Source: Gemmatimonas sp.
GTDB lineage: Bacteria > Gemmatimonadota > Gemmatimonadetes > Gemmatimonadales > Gemmatimonadaceae
Reading direction: 5' to 3'
DNA: 64,000 nucleotides
Assembly (NCBI GenBank): GCA_031414535.1
Contig: JANNVQ010000038.1
Location: 51,129-115,128, forward strand
The position numbers were made by a program, and so were the translations under genes. Below, piece after piece: positions 27,930 to 35,627 of the stretch (its first letter is position 1; each line of letters opens with the position of its first letter). Below the pieces are notes generated by a model. That model made no database searches. It was not told where the DNA came from and worked only from the letters and a program-made list of their open reading frames with translations.

Positions 27930-30900
27930 CCAGCGACGCACTCCGTTCCGCACTCGAAGCTCGACTCGGCACGCAGTACCAAATCGAATCGTTGCTCGGC
28001 CAAGGCGGGATGGGGAGCGTATTCCGCGCGACCGACCGCACGCTGCATCGCGCGGTGGCCATTAAGGTCATCAGCGGCGACGTCGCGCTGAATCCGGAGT
28101 TGAAGGGCCGCTTCCTAATGGAAGCGCGCACCGTGGCCAAGCTGCGGCATCCGAATATCGTCGCGGTGTACAGCGCGGGCGAGGCCGACGGCCTGCTCTA
28201 CTTCGTGATGGAGTTGGTGCCGGGCGAATCGCTGCGCGACTTACTCGCGCGCGAAGGCAACGTGGAGCCCGCTCGCGCCGAGAAAATCCTGCATGAGCTG
28301 GCGATGGCGTTGGACTACGCGCACGCCAACGGGATCGTGCACCGCGACGTGAAGCCGGAGAACATCCTGCTTGACCGCGAGACCGGCCGCGCGATGCTCA
28401 CGGACTTTGGCGTGGCGCGCGCGCTGGAGAATAGCGGCAACATGACGGGGACCGGCATGATTCTCGGGAGCCCCCGTTACATGAGCCCGGAGCAGGCCAC
28501 GGGCGAGAGCACGATTGACGGACGCAGCGATCTCTACGCGCTGGCGCTGGTAGGCTACGAGATGTTCACCGGCAAGCCGGTGGTGGACAGTGGCAACGTG
28601 GCGGGCATGCTGGTGAAGCATTTGACCGAAACGCCGAAGCCCTTGGCCGATGCGGTAGCCGGCGTGCCGGAGGGCTCGGCCGTAGCGATTGACCGTGCGC
28701 TCACGAAGGATCGCGACAAGCGCTGGGCGACCGGGCGCGAGATGGCTGAGGTGGTCGCCGCCTCGTGGACACCGACGCCGGGCAGCGGGGCCACGCGGGC
28801 CATTGGTGCGATGAAGGCCAAGAAGGCACCACCCAAGGCCGCGATGGGCGGCGCCCTAGTGGCAATCTTCGCCTCGCTGGTCACGATCTTCATCGCCACA
28901 AGCGACAAGGGCGGCGGCAAGGGCGACCCGCGGAAGAGTTATGCGGTGGTGCCCTTTGAAATCCAGAGCGGAAACCCCGAAGTGCAATGGCTGCGTGACG
29001 GCGCCGTGAATATGCTGACGATGGCGCTCACCCAGTGGACCGACCTGCAGGTGATGGATTACGAACGCACGCTCAAGTACGTGGCCGACGCAGGGGTGGA
29101 AACGCGGCGCGTGGACTTGGACCGCGCGCAGGAGATTGCGCGGCGCGGTAACGCTGGCACGCTGGTGATGGGCCAGATTTCCACGACGCAGGATTCACTC
29201 GTGGTGGTGGCGAGACTATACGACGTACGGAGCGGACGCTCGCTTAACACGGTCACGCGCGCCGCGGCCCTGAGCGCTGATCCTCGCCCGCTGTTTGATG
29301 ATTTGGCGCGATACCTCCTCGACGTCGCTGGCGGCCAAACCTCAGCCAGCGTTGACGTGGCGCGCCAGACCACGACTTCGATCACGGCGTACCGCTCGTA
29401 CCTCGACGGCGTGCGCTTTTTGAATTCGTGGCGCTTGGCCGAGGCCGACTCCGCGCTGCGAGTGGCAATCGAGGCCGACTCGACGTTTGCACTCGCCTGG
29501 CACAAGCGCGCACTGGCCCTCGGTTGGGGCGCTGGACAGGGGCCTGTCTACATCAGCACGGCACAGCGCGCCGTGGATCTCTCGGATCGGCTGCCGCCTC
29601 GCCAACAAGCGCTGGTGCGTGGCCACCTCGCGTTGGCGCAGGGCATGCTGGGCTCCGAAGACGGAGGCGGTCCTGCCGCGCGCGCGCAGCTCATGGAAGC
29701 GGCGCGCATCTACGAAGCGTTGCTCGCCTCCGATTCCTTGGTGGCGGAGGGATGGTACGGGCTCGGCGACGCGTACTTCCACATGCAGCGAGACTCCACG
29801 GATTCCGTCGCGGAGGTCTCACGGCGCTACAACAGATCGGTGGCGAGCTTCCGTCGCGCTATTGAGATCGACTCCAGCTTCCACCTCGCGTACAGCCATC
29901 TCGTCACGCAGTACCAGGGGATGTCTAATCCACAGTCCGGCGGAGTCCTCGATGGCGATACGGTCCTGCTCTTCACGAGCGTGGCACAGCGCGACGCGTA
30001 TGGCGTTGAGCGGATTGCCCGTGCGCGCGATCGCGCGCGCGATGTGGGTCTCGAGATGGCACGTGGCTGGACGCGTGCAGATCCAGACGCCGGCGCGGGT
30101 TACACCGCGCTTGCCACGGGCTTCTTTGCAGCAGGTAAGGTGGACTCCGCGCTCGCGACGCTCGACCGCGCGCTGCAACGTCCGGCCTTGCGCGGCCCTG
30201 GCCTGCAGTTGCAAAAGGTGTCCTTCCTGACGCTCGCGGACTCGTCGCTGGCCTTCACCTTGATGCGCGATGTCTATGCCAAGGCTACCGCGACTGAGCT
30301 TCGACGCGTCCCGGCGAACGAGCGCATCTCCTCGCTCGCGATGTCCGTCAACGCCGCGGGCAGCGTAGGCAATGCGTCCGAGCTGGATAAAATCCTAGCC
30401 GTCGCGGCAACGGTGGACAGCGTGTTCCCGTTCACGAACTCACCATTCCAGCAGGTCATGGGCTGGTACGCAACCGGAATGAAGGCTGGCATCACCGGAA
30501 CCGTGAGCGCCGCAGAGCGACGGCAGCTCGCCGAGGGCGCACGCCGTATCGCCTCGGGCAGTCAGGGCATCCTCGCGCAACTGGCCGCTACGGCGGGCGG
30601 CGTCATCTACACGTCATATCTAGTGACGGGCGACACCTTGTTCTCCAACACGCTGCGTCGCCTGCCGGGACTCGTAAACGTCCCGCAAACTGACCTCGAC
30701 GCGCTCGAAGCCTTAGCCCGCGGCGACACCGCTCGGGCTCGCGAGATCGCCGCGGCGTTTCCGCCACCGGATTCCCTCAAGGACGCGCGCCTCTCCTTTG
30801 CAGGGCAGCGGGCCTACGCGCGCGCGCTTGTGTTGGACGCCGTCGGCAATACAGCGTGGGCCGTTGGTTACCTCGAGGCGCTGGAGCCCTCGCGATTCAT

Positions 30901-31111
30901 CTCGCAGGGACTCGCCGAACCTGGCTTCGCGCTGTACACGCGCTCATTCGCGACGCGGGCTGAGCTATACGAGAAGCTCGGGGACAAGCGGAAGGCCATC
31001 GCAGCGTACGAAGAGTTCCTGCGGCGCACCGAACTCGGCGACGCGGCCATCGAACCGCAGCGCCGTAGCGCCCGCGCGAACCTCGCCAGGCTCCGCGACG
31101 GTGGCCGGTAG
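27926..31111 (+). CDS. Membrane Ser/Thr protein kinase with large extracytoplasmic/TPR-like C-terminal region
   Basis: Start at MTSDALR (an ATGA overlap with the aguA stop). Hanks kinase motifs are GQGGMGSVF, AIK, HRDVKPENILL, DFGVAR and SPEQ. One TM segment follows (GGALVAIFASLVTIFIA), then about 700 aa of helical repeats. Confidence 0.9.
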   Translation: MTSDALRSALEARLGTQYQIESLLGQGGMGSVFRATDRTLHRAVAIKVISGDVALNPELKGRFLMEARTVAKLRHPNIVAVYSAGEADGLLYFVMELVPGESLRDLLAREGNVEPARAEKILHELAMALDYAHANGIVHRDVKPENILLDRETGRAMLTDFGVARALENSGNMTGTGMILGSPRYMSPEQATGESTIDGRSDLYALALVGYEMFTGKPVVDSGNVAGMLVKHLTETPKPLADAVAGVPEGSAVAIDRALTKDRDKRWATGREMAEVVAASWTPTPGSGATRAIGAMKAKKAPPKAAMGGALVAIFASLVTIFIATSDKGGGKGDPRKSYAVVPFEIQSGNPEVQWLRDGAVNMLTMALTQWTDLQVMDYERTLKYVADAGVETRRVDLDRAQEIARRGNAGTLVMGQISTTQDSLVVVARLYDVRSGRSLNTVTRAAALSADPRPLFDDLARYLLDVAGGQTSASVDVARQTTTSITAYRSYLDGVRFLNSWRLAEADSALRVAIEADSTFALAWHKRALALGWGAGQGPVYISTAQRAVDLSDRLPPRQQALVRGHLALAQGMLGSEDGGGPAARAQLMEAARIYEALLASDSLVAEGWYGLGDAYFHMQRDSTDSVAEVSRRYNRSVASFRRAIEIDSSFHLAYSHLVTQYQGMSNPQSGGVLDGDTVLLFTSVAQRDAYGVERIARARDRARDVGLEMARGWTRADPDAGAGYTALATGFFAAGKVDSALATLDRALQRPALRGPGLQLQKVSFLTLADSSLAFTLMRDVYAKATATELRRVPANERISSLAMSVNAAGSVGNASELDKILAVAATVDSVFPFTNSPFQQVMGWYATGMKAGITGTVSAAERRQLAEGARRIASGSQGILAQLAATAGGVIYTSYLVTGDTLFSNTLRRLPGLVNVPQTDLDALEALARGDTARAREIAAAFPPPDSLKDARLSFAGQRAYARALVLDAVGNTAWAVGYLEALEPSRFISQGLAEPGFALYTRSFATRAELYEKLGDKRKAIAAYEEFLRRTELGDAAIEPQRRSARANLARLRDGGR

Positions 31112-31168
31112 GGATTCGCGTCCAATCGCGAAACCGCATCAAATCGCTGGCTTTACCTGTTCCCACAC

Positions 31169-31204
31169 GCCCCGCGACTGTCCAGATTACTGACAGTACG
31201 GGGC
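31169..31204 (+). terminator. Possible terminator hairpin after the kinase gene
   Basis: GCCCCG..ACTGTC pairs with GACAGT..CGGGGC in an imperfect stem. No T-run follows. Confidence 0.3.
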
Positions 31205-31250
31205 GCAATCATACAGGTTGGCGCTCCATCCCACACCGATGACCTAGGCC

Positions 31251-32342
31251 GTGCTCCCACTCAGCCGCATTTCGCTCACGCTTCTCGTCGCCGCACTCGG
31301 ATGCGGAGACGCCGCGTCCGAGTACCGCTTGGGAATGGCTGGACCCTTCACGGAAGCCTTCGGCATTGCCAACAAGCGTGGCGCCGAACTCGCGGTCGCG
31401 GAGATCAACGCAGCCGGCGGAATTAACGGTCAACCGCTCACTATCGATTATCTCGACGATCAAGGTGACGGCTCACGAGCCGCGCAGGTTGCACAGGCCT
31501 ACGTGGACGATGCGCGGATCAGCGGCGTCGTCGGCCATGTGACATCGGGGGCGATGGTTGCGGCCGCCAAGATCTACGATGGCCAGCTCACGGCCCTCGC
31601 CACCACCGCTTCATCTGCCGAGCTCACGGGTATTTCGCCGTGGGTGTTTCGCGTCATCTCCAGCGATTCGGCAAATGGTGTGGACCTCGCAGGTTTCGCC
31701 GAGCGCATTGGCAAACGTCGCGCCATGGTGCTCTACGAAAACGATGCCTATGGGCGCGGGCTCGCCGACGCGTTCCGCCGCACCTTCACGGGTCAGGTGC
31801 TGGGCTTTGACCCAATTGACGCCGATGGCCGCGACGCCGAAGTGCACGTCGCATGGGCAAAGCAACAGCAAGCCGATCTCGTGTTCGTCGCGGGCACCGA
31901 GCGCTCGGGTATCGCCCTGCTACGCGAGGCTCGTCGGCAAGAGTTCACGGCTGAGTTCCTTGGTGGTGATGGGTGGACGGGCGTGGTGTCGGACGTCGCT
32001 GCCAGCGAGGGTGCGCTGGTGGGCGCACCATTCACGGCAATGGACCCACGCGCCGAGGCGCAGAAGTTCGTCGCGAACTTCCGGGCCAAGTACAACGAAA
32101 GTCCCGACGGCAACGCGGCTCTCGCCTACGACGCCGTGCAAGTGATGGCGGCGGGCCTGCGGGCCGTGGGTCCCAACCGGGTGAAGCTCCGCGAGTGGCT
32201 TGCATCGCGCGGCACGCAGAACGCGATCGGCGGCGTCACGGGGCAAATCGCCTTCCTTCCCACCGGCGATCCCGTCGGCAAATCCTTCGTGATGACGCGC
32301 GTACGAGCTGGCGCGCTCGTTCCCGCTGAGGACGGCCGCTAA
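31251..32342 (+). CDS. Periplasmic binding protein, type 1 (LivK/branched-chain amino acid-binding-like), lipoprotein-type signal
   Basis: LVAALGCGD is a lipobox-like signal. Family-typical motifs are [33 protein letters not shown] and VVGHVTSGA. Confidence 0.8.
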   Translation: MLPLSRISLTLLVAALGCGDAASEYRLGMAGPFTEAFGIANKRGAELAVAEINAAGGINGQPLTIDYLDDQGDGSRAAQVAQAYVDDARISGVVGHVTSGAMVAAAKIYDGQLTALATTASSAELTGISPWVFRVISSDSANGVDLAGFAERIGKRRAMVLYENDAYGRGLADAFRRTFTGQVLGFDPIDADGRDAEVHVAWAKQQQADLVFVAGTERSGIALLREARRQEFTAEFLGGDGWTGVVSDVAASEGALVGAPFTAMDPRAEAQKFVANFRAKYNESPDGNAALAYDAVQVMAAGLRAVGPNRVKLREWLASRGTQNAIGGVTGQIAFLPTGDPVGKSFVMTRVRAGALVPAEDGR

Positions 32343-34036
32343 TGCGATTCACATCCATTCGTATGTTACTCGTCGCCGGACTCGGCAGCGTCGTCGCATT
32401 GGTGATGGTCGCCGGCGCCTTTGGCCGTTCGGCAATCGCCACTCTGAGCGAGGAGATGGGCAGTGCACTCGGTACGGTGCGAGGCGAGACCACGCTTAAT
32501 GCCTCGCTCACCAGCAGCATCGCCGCCGAGATCGCGGCGGGGCGGCGGTACTTAGATCGCGGATTGGCCGAGGATCTCACCACTTTTCGTGAGGCCGGTT
32601 GGAGGGCGCATGAGGCTCAGCGGGCGCTCAATGGGAGCACAGGCCTGAACTCCGCTGAAGTCGCGCTCGTCGCCACGATTGATGAGCGCCTCTCGGCCGT
32701 GGAGACCGCCTTCGCAGCGGCGCATCGCCTCCGTGATCTCGGACGCATCGCTGAAGCGGACGCGCGCGCGGCGCTCACACGCGACCTCGAGGCTGCACTC
32801 TCCACCGACATCGAACGATTGGGCAACCTGCGCTCGGCGCAGCTCGCTCGCACCACAGAAGCGCTACAGGACGAAGCCGCACAACGTCAACGCTTCCTTC
32901 TCATGGTGGTAATCGGCGCAATTGTGCTTGGGCTCGTAATCGTGAGTAGCGTGGCGCGCGCCATTGACCACCCGCTTTCCGCCCTCGTGGCGCACGCTCG
33001 CGCGCTGAGCCGCGGAGAGTTGGACATTCGCACGGATACCGACCTTCCCGGCGAGTTTAAGGAACTGGCCGAGGCCATGAACAGCTCGGCGGCAAATCTC
33101 GCGCGCGTTGCCTCGGTGGCAAGCACCACGTCGGAGGAAGTCGCGACCTCAGCCCATCAACTGACGTCTGCCGCGGAACAGGTGTCCTTGGCCGCGACCC
33201 AAACCGCGACGGCGATGTCGGAAGTCACCGAGGGCGCGGAGGTGCAAGTGGCCGCGCTGCGCGACGCCGACACCGCCCTCGCCAGTGTACGGCTGCGTGC
33301 CCACGAAGTCCGCGCCGGTGCCGAGGAAGTGGCCGACCTTGCGAACGAAATTGAGCGCCTCTCGCGCGAGAAGCGTCAGGAGATTGCGCGCGCGCGCACC
33401 TTGCTCGCCGAAATTCGCTCGTCCGTCGACCACGCCGCGCTCGAAGTGAAGGAGCTCAACGCGACGGCGGAGAGCATCAACCAGTTCGTCGGCATCGTGA
33501 GCCGCATTGCGGAGCAGACCAACCTGCTCTCGCTCAACGCCGCCATCGAGGCGGCCCGAGCGGGAAGCGCGGGACGCGGCTTCGCGGTCGTAGCAGACGA
33601 AGTGCGAAAGCTTGCGGATCAGGCGCAGAAAGCCGCCGAGGATGTGATACAGCTGACGGCCGTCGTGACGCGCCGAGTGAGCACCACGACGCAGGCGATG
33701 GCCACGGGTGCGGCCCGAGTGGCTGACATCGAGCAGGCATCACAGGGCATTGATATCGCGCTCGGTGAGATCTCGAGCTCCGCCGAGCAGACGCGTAGCG
33801 CGGCCGTTGGATTGGGTTCGGCGGCCGATCAGAATGTGGCGGCGGTGAACACCGCAGCGGGTAACATTTCGGCCGCTGCTCGCGCGGCTGAGGGACACGC
33901 GGCAGCGGCGCAGGAGGTCTCGGCGTCCACCGAAGAGCAGAGCGCTGCCTGTGAACAGATGTCCGGCGCGGCCAACGCGCTGCTGTCTGGTTCGGTGCGC
34001 TTGAAGGAGATTGTCGCCAGCCTGCGGACGGCGTGA
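32342..34036 (+). CDS. Methyl-accepting chemotaxis protein (2 TM, HAMP, MA domain)
   Basis: The highly conserved signalling hairpin [37 protein letters not shown] is present. There are two TM helices and a HAMP domain. A TAATG overlap joins it to the upstream binding-protein gene. Confidence 0.9.
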   Translation: MRFTSIRMLLVAGLGSVVALVMVAGAFGRSAIATLSEEMGSALGTVRGETTLNASLTSSIAAEIAAGRRYLDRGLAEDLTTFREAGWRAHEAQRALNGSTGLNSAEVALVATIDERLSAVETAFAAAHRLRDLGRIAEADARAALTRDLEAALSTDIERLGNLRSAQLARTTEALQDEAAQRQRFLLMVVIGAIVLGLVIVSSVARAIDHPLSALVAHARALSRGELDIRTDTDLPGEFKELAEAMNSSAANLARVASVASTTSEEVATSAHQLTSAAEQVSLAATQTATAMSEVTEGAEVQVAALRDADTALASVRLRAHEVRAGAEEVADLANEIERLSREKRQEIARARTLLAEIRSSVDHAALEVKELNATAESINQFVGIVSRIAEQTNLLSLNAAIEAARAGSAGRGFAVVADEVRKLADQAQKAAEDVIQLTAVVTRRVSTTTQAMATGAARVADIEQASQGIDIALGEISSSAEQTRSAAVGLGSAADQNVAAVNTAAGNISAAARAAEGHAAAAQEVSASTEEQSAACEQMSGAANALLSGSVRLKEIVASLRTA

Positions 34037-34737
34037 TGGTGAGCGAGGCACTGGCTTCCGTTGCTCCGGGCACGCCGGCCGTGGTGCTCTTGAGCGGCGG
34101 ATTGGATTCCGCCACCGTACTCGCACTGGCCACGAAAGCCGGGTACGCCGTCAATGCGCTGACGTTTCGCTACGGCCAGCGCCACGGCGTGGAAATCGAG
34201 AGAGCGCGAGCGCTGGCCGAGCACTGGAAGGTGGCGCGGCACGTGGTGGCGGATATTGACCTCCGGGTTTTCGGCGGCAGCGCGCTCACAGCAGACATCG
34301 ACGTGCCCAAGCACGATGACGTGGCGTCAGTGGGCGGAGGCATTCCCGTCACCTATGTACCGGCGCGCAACACAATCTTCTTGTCGTTTGCATTGGCGTG
34401 GGCCGAGACGCTCACGAGCGAGCATATCTTGATTGGCGTGAACGCGCTGGATTACTCGGGCTATCCCGATTGCCGGCCCGAGTACATCGAAGCCTTTGAG
34501 CGCATGGCCAATCTCGCGACCAAGACGGGCGTTGAGGGTGCAACCAAGTTGCGCGTGCTCACGCCGCTGATTGCGATGACCAAGGCGCAGATTATTCGTA
34601 CGGGCCAAGCGCTGGGCGTGGACTATTCGATGACGGTGTCGTGCTATGATCCGAGCATGGACGGTGCGCCTTGTGGTAGGTGTGATGCCTGCTTACTCCG
34701 GGAGAAGGGATTTCTTGAGGCAGGCACGGACGGATGA
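34036..34737 (+). CDS. queC: 7-cyano-7-deazaguanine synthase
   Basis: The PP-loop is [12 protein letters not shown]. The C-terminal zinc site [10 protein letters not shown] is typical of QueC. The start (GTG 34033 or ATG 36) overlaps the MCP stop. Confidence 0.9.
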   Translation: MVSEALASVAPGTPAVVLLSGGLDSATVLALATKAGYAVNALTFRYGQRHGVEIERARALAEHWKVARHVVADIDLRVFGGSALTADIDVPKHDDVASVGGGIPVTYVPARNTIFLSFALAWAETLTSEHILIGVNALDYSGYPDCRPEYIEAFERMANLATKTGVEGATKLRVLTPLIAMTKAQIIRTGQALGVDYSMTVSCYDPSMDGAPCGRCDACLLREKGFLEAGTDG

Positions 34738-34790
34738 CGGATGACGGATGCTAGATTTGCCTTTGCGCATCCGTCATCCGTCATCCGTCC
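34728..34790. repeat. Perfect 24-bp inverted repeat (arms made of 3 ACGGATG heptamers) with a 15-nt loop, between queC and queE
   Basis: 34728-34751 (GGACGGATGACGGATGACGGATGC) is the exact reverse complement of 34767-34790. The queC TGA (34735-37) lies inside the left arm. The queE ATG (34792) begins 2 nt after the right arm. Confidence 0.95.
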
Positions 34791-34791
34791 C

Positions 34792-35418
34792 ATGTACTCA
34801 GTCAAAGAAATTTTTTACACCCTCCAAGGCGAAGGCTTCCACGCCGGTCGCCCGGCCGTGTTCTGCCGTTTTTCGGGGTGTAACCTCTGGACGGGCCGGG
34901 AGCAGGATCGGGCGACGGCCGTGTGCAGCTTCTGCGACACGGACTTCGTAGGAGTGGGGCCGGATGGGGGGAAGTTCGCGACGGCCGGGGAACTCGCCAA
35001 TGCGATTGCCGCGCGTTGGCCGGCCGCGGGCGGAAAGCCCTTTGTGGTGTGCACGGGAGGGGAGCCGCTGCTGCAACTGGACGCGCCGGCTGTGGCCGCG
35101 CTGCACGCGCGCGGGTTCGAGGTGGCGGTGGAGACCAACGGCACGCAGCCCGTTCCGGCGGGCATTGATTGGGTGTGCGTGAGTCCCAAGGCCGATGCCG
35201 CGCTGGCGGTGGGGGGCGGCAACGAGCTCAAACTCGTGTTCCCCCAGGAGCGGGCCATGCCGGAGCGGTTTGCCGGGCTCGCCTTTGAGCACTTCTACTT
35301 GCAGCCGATGGACGGCCCAAGCGCCGCGGAGACGACGGCGGCGACGCTGGCCTACTGCCTGGCGCATCCGCAGTGGCATATGTCCGTCCAGACACACAAG
35401 GCGCTGGGCATCCGCTAG
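34792..35418 (+). CDS. queE: 7-carboxy-7-deazaguanine synthase (radical SAM)
   Basis: Start taken at MYSVKEIFYTLQGEG. The cluster motif CRFSGCNLW (CxxxCxxC variant) and the length of about 208 aa match QueE. Confidence 0.85.
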   Translation: MYSVKEIFYTLQGEGFHAGRPAVFCRFSGCNLWTGREQDRATAVCSFCDTDFVGVGPDGGKFATAGELANAIAARWPAAGGKPFVVCTGGEPLLQLDAPAVAALHARGFEVAVETNGTQPVPAGIDWVCVSPKADAALAVGGGNELKLVFPQERAMPERFAGLAFEHFYLQPMDGPSAAETTAATLAYCLAHPQWHMSVQTHKALGIR

Positions 35419-35505
35419 GGCTGCAACGGACGGCTGGCGGGGGGAAAAGGCAACCATCCAAAAGGCCGGAATTGCACCCCCCAGTTTAGGCCTAGGTCAA
35501 GTGGC

Positions 35506-35517
35506 CCTCTATAGAGG
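35506..35517. promoter_or_regulatory. Perfect 12-bp palindrome CCTCTATAGAGG in the TonB-receptor leader
   Basis: Read directly. It is AT-centred in a GC-rich context and is followed immediately by TTGACG. Confidence 0.3.
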
Positions 35518-35563
35518 TTGACGGGACGGCCTTCCGAGAGGAAGTTAGGGGGTCCTTTGCGAG

Positions 35564-35579
35564 CGTGACATCGGTCACG
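35564..35579. promoter_or_regulatory. 16-bp inverted repeat CGTGAC-ATCG-GTCACG about 50 nt upstream of the TonB-receptor start
   Basis: Read directly. Perfect 6-bp arms with a 4-nt spacer suggest a candidate dimeric-regulator operator. Confidence 0.3.
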
Positions 35580-35627
35580 TTCACCAGGCGGAGTCCGTCC
35601 GGGCTCAATATCCCACCGCTTCGAGGT

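Noticed and set aside
34728-34790. The hairpin between queC and queE considered as a preQ1 riboswitch.
   Set aside because: preQ1 aptamers are small, imperfect stem-loops with a conserved loop and an A-rich 3' tail. This is a perfect 24-bp repeat-derived stem with an unrelated loop, and it sits inside the operon rather than in a 5' leader.
34741-34791. An upstream ATG (34741) that would extend QueE by 17 aa ([17 protein letters not shown]).
   Set aside because: The extension is simply the translation of the 24-bp inverted repeat and its loop. QueE homologues begin close to the MYxVKEIFxTLQGEG motif, so ATG 34792 is preferred.
35419-35627. The leader of the TonB-dependent receptor considered as a cobalamin, TPP or other riboswitch.
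   Set aside because: I could not find a B12 box (GCCACTG-like) or a TPP CUGAGA core. At 209 nt with only short local palindromes it does not resemble a known aptamer. I cannot run covariance models, so this rejection is provisional.
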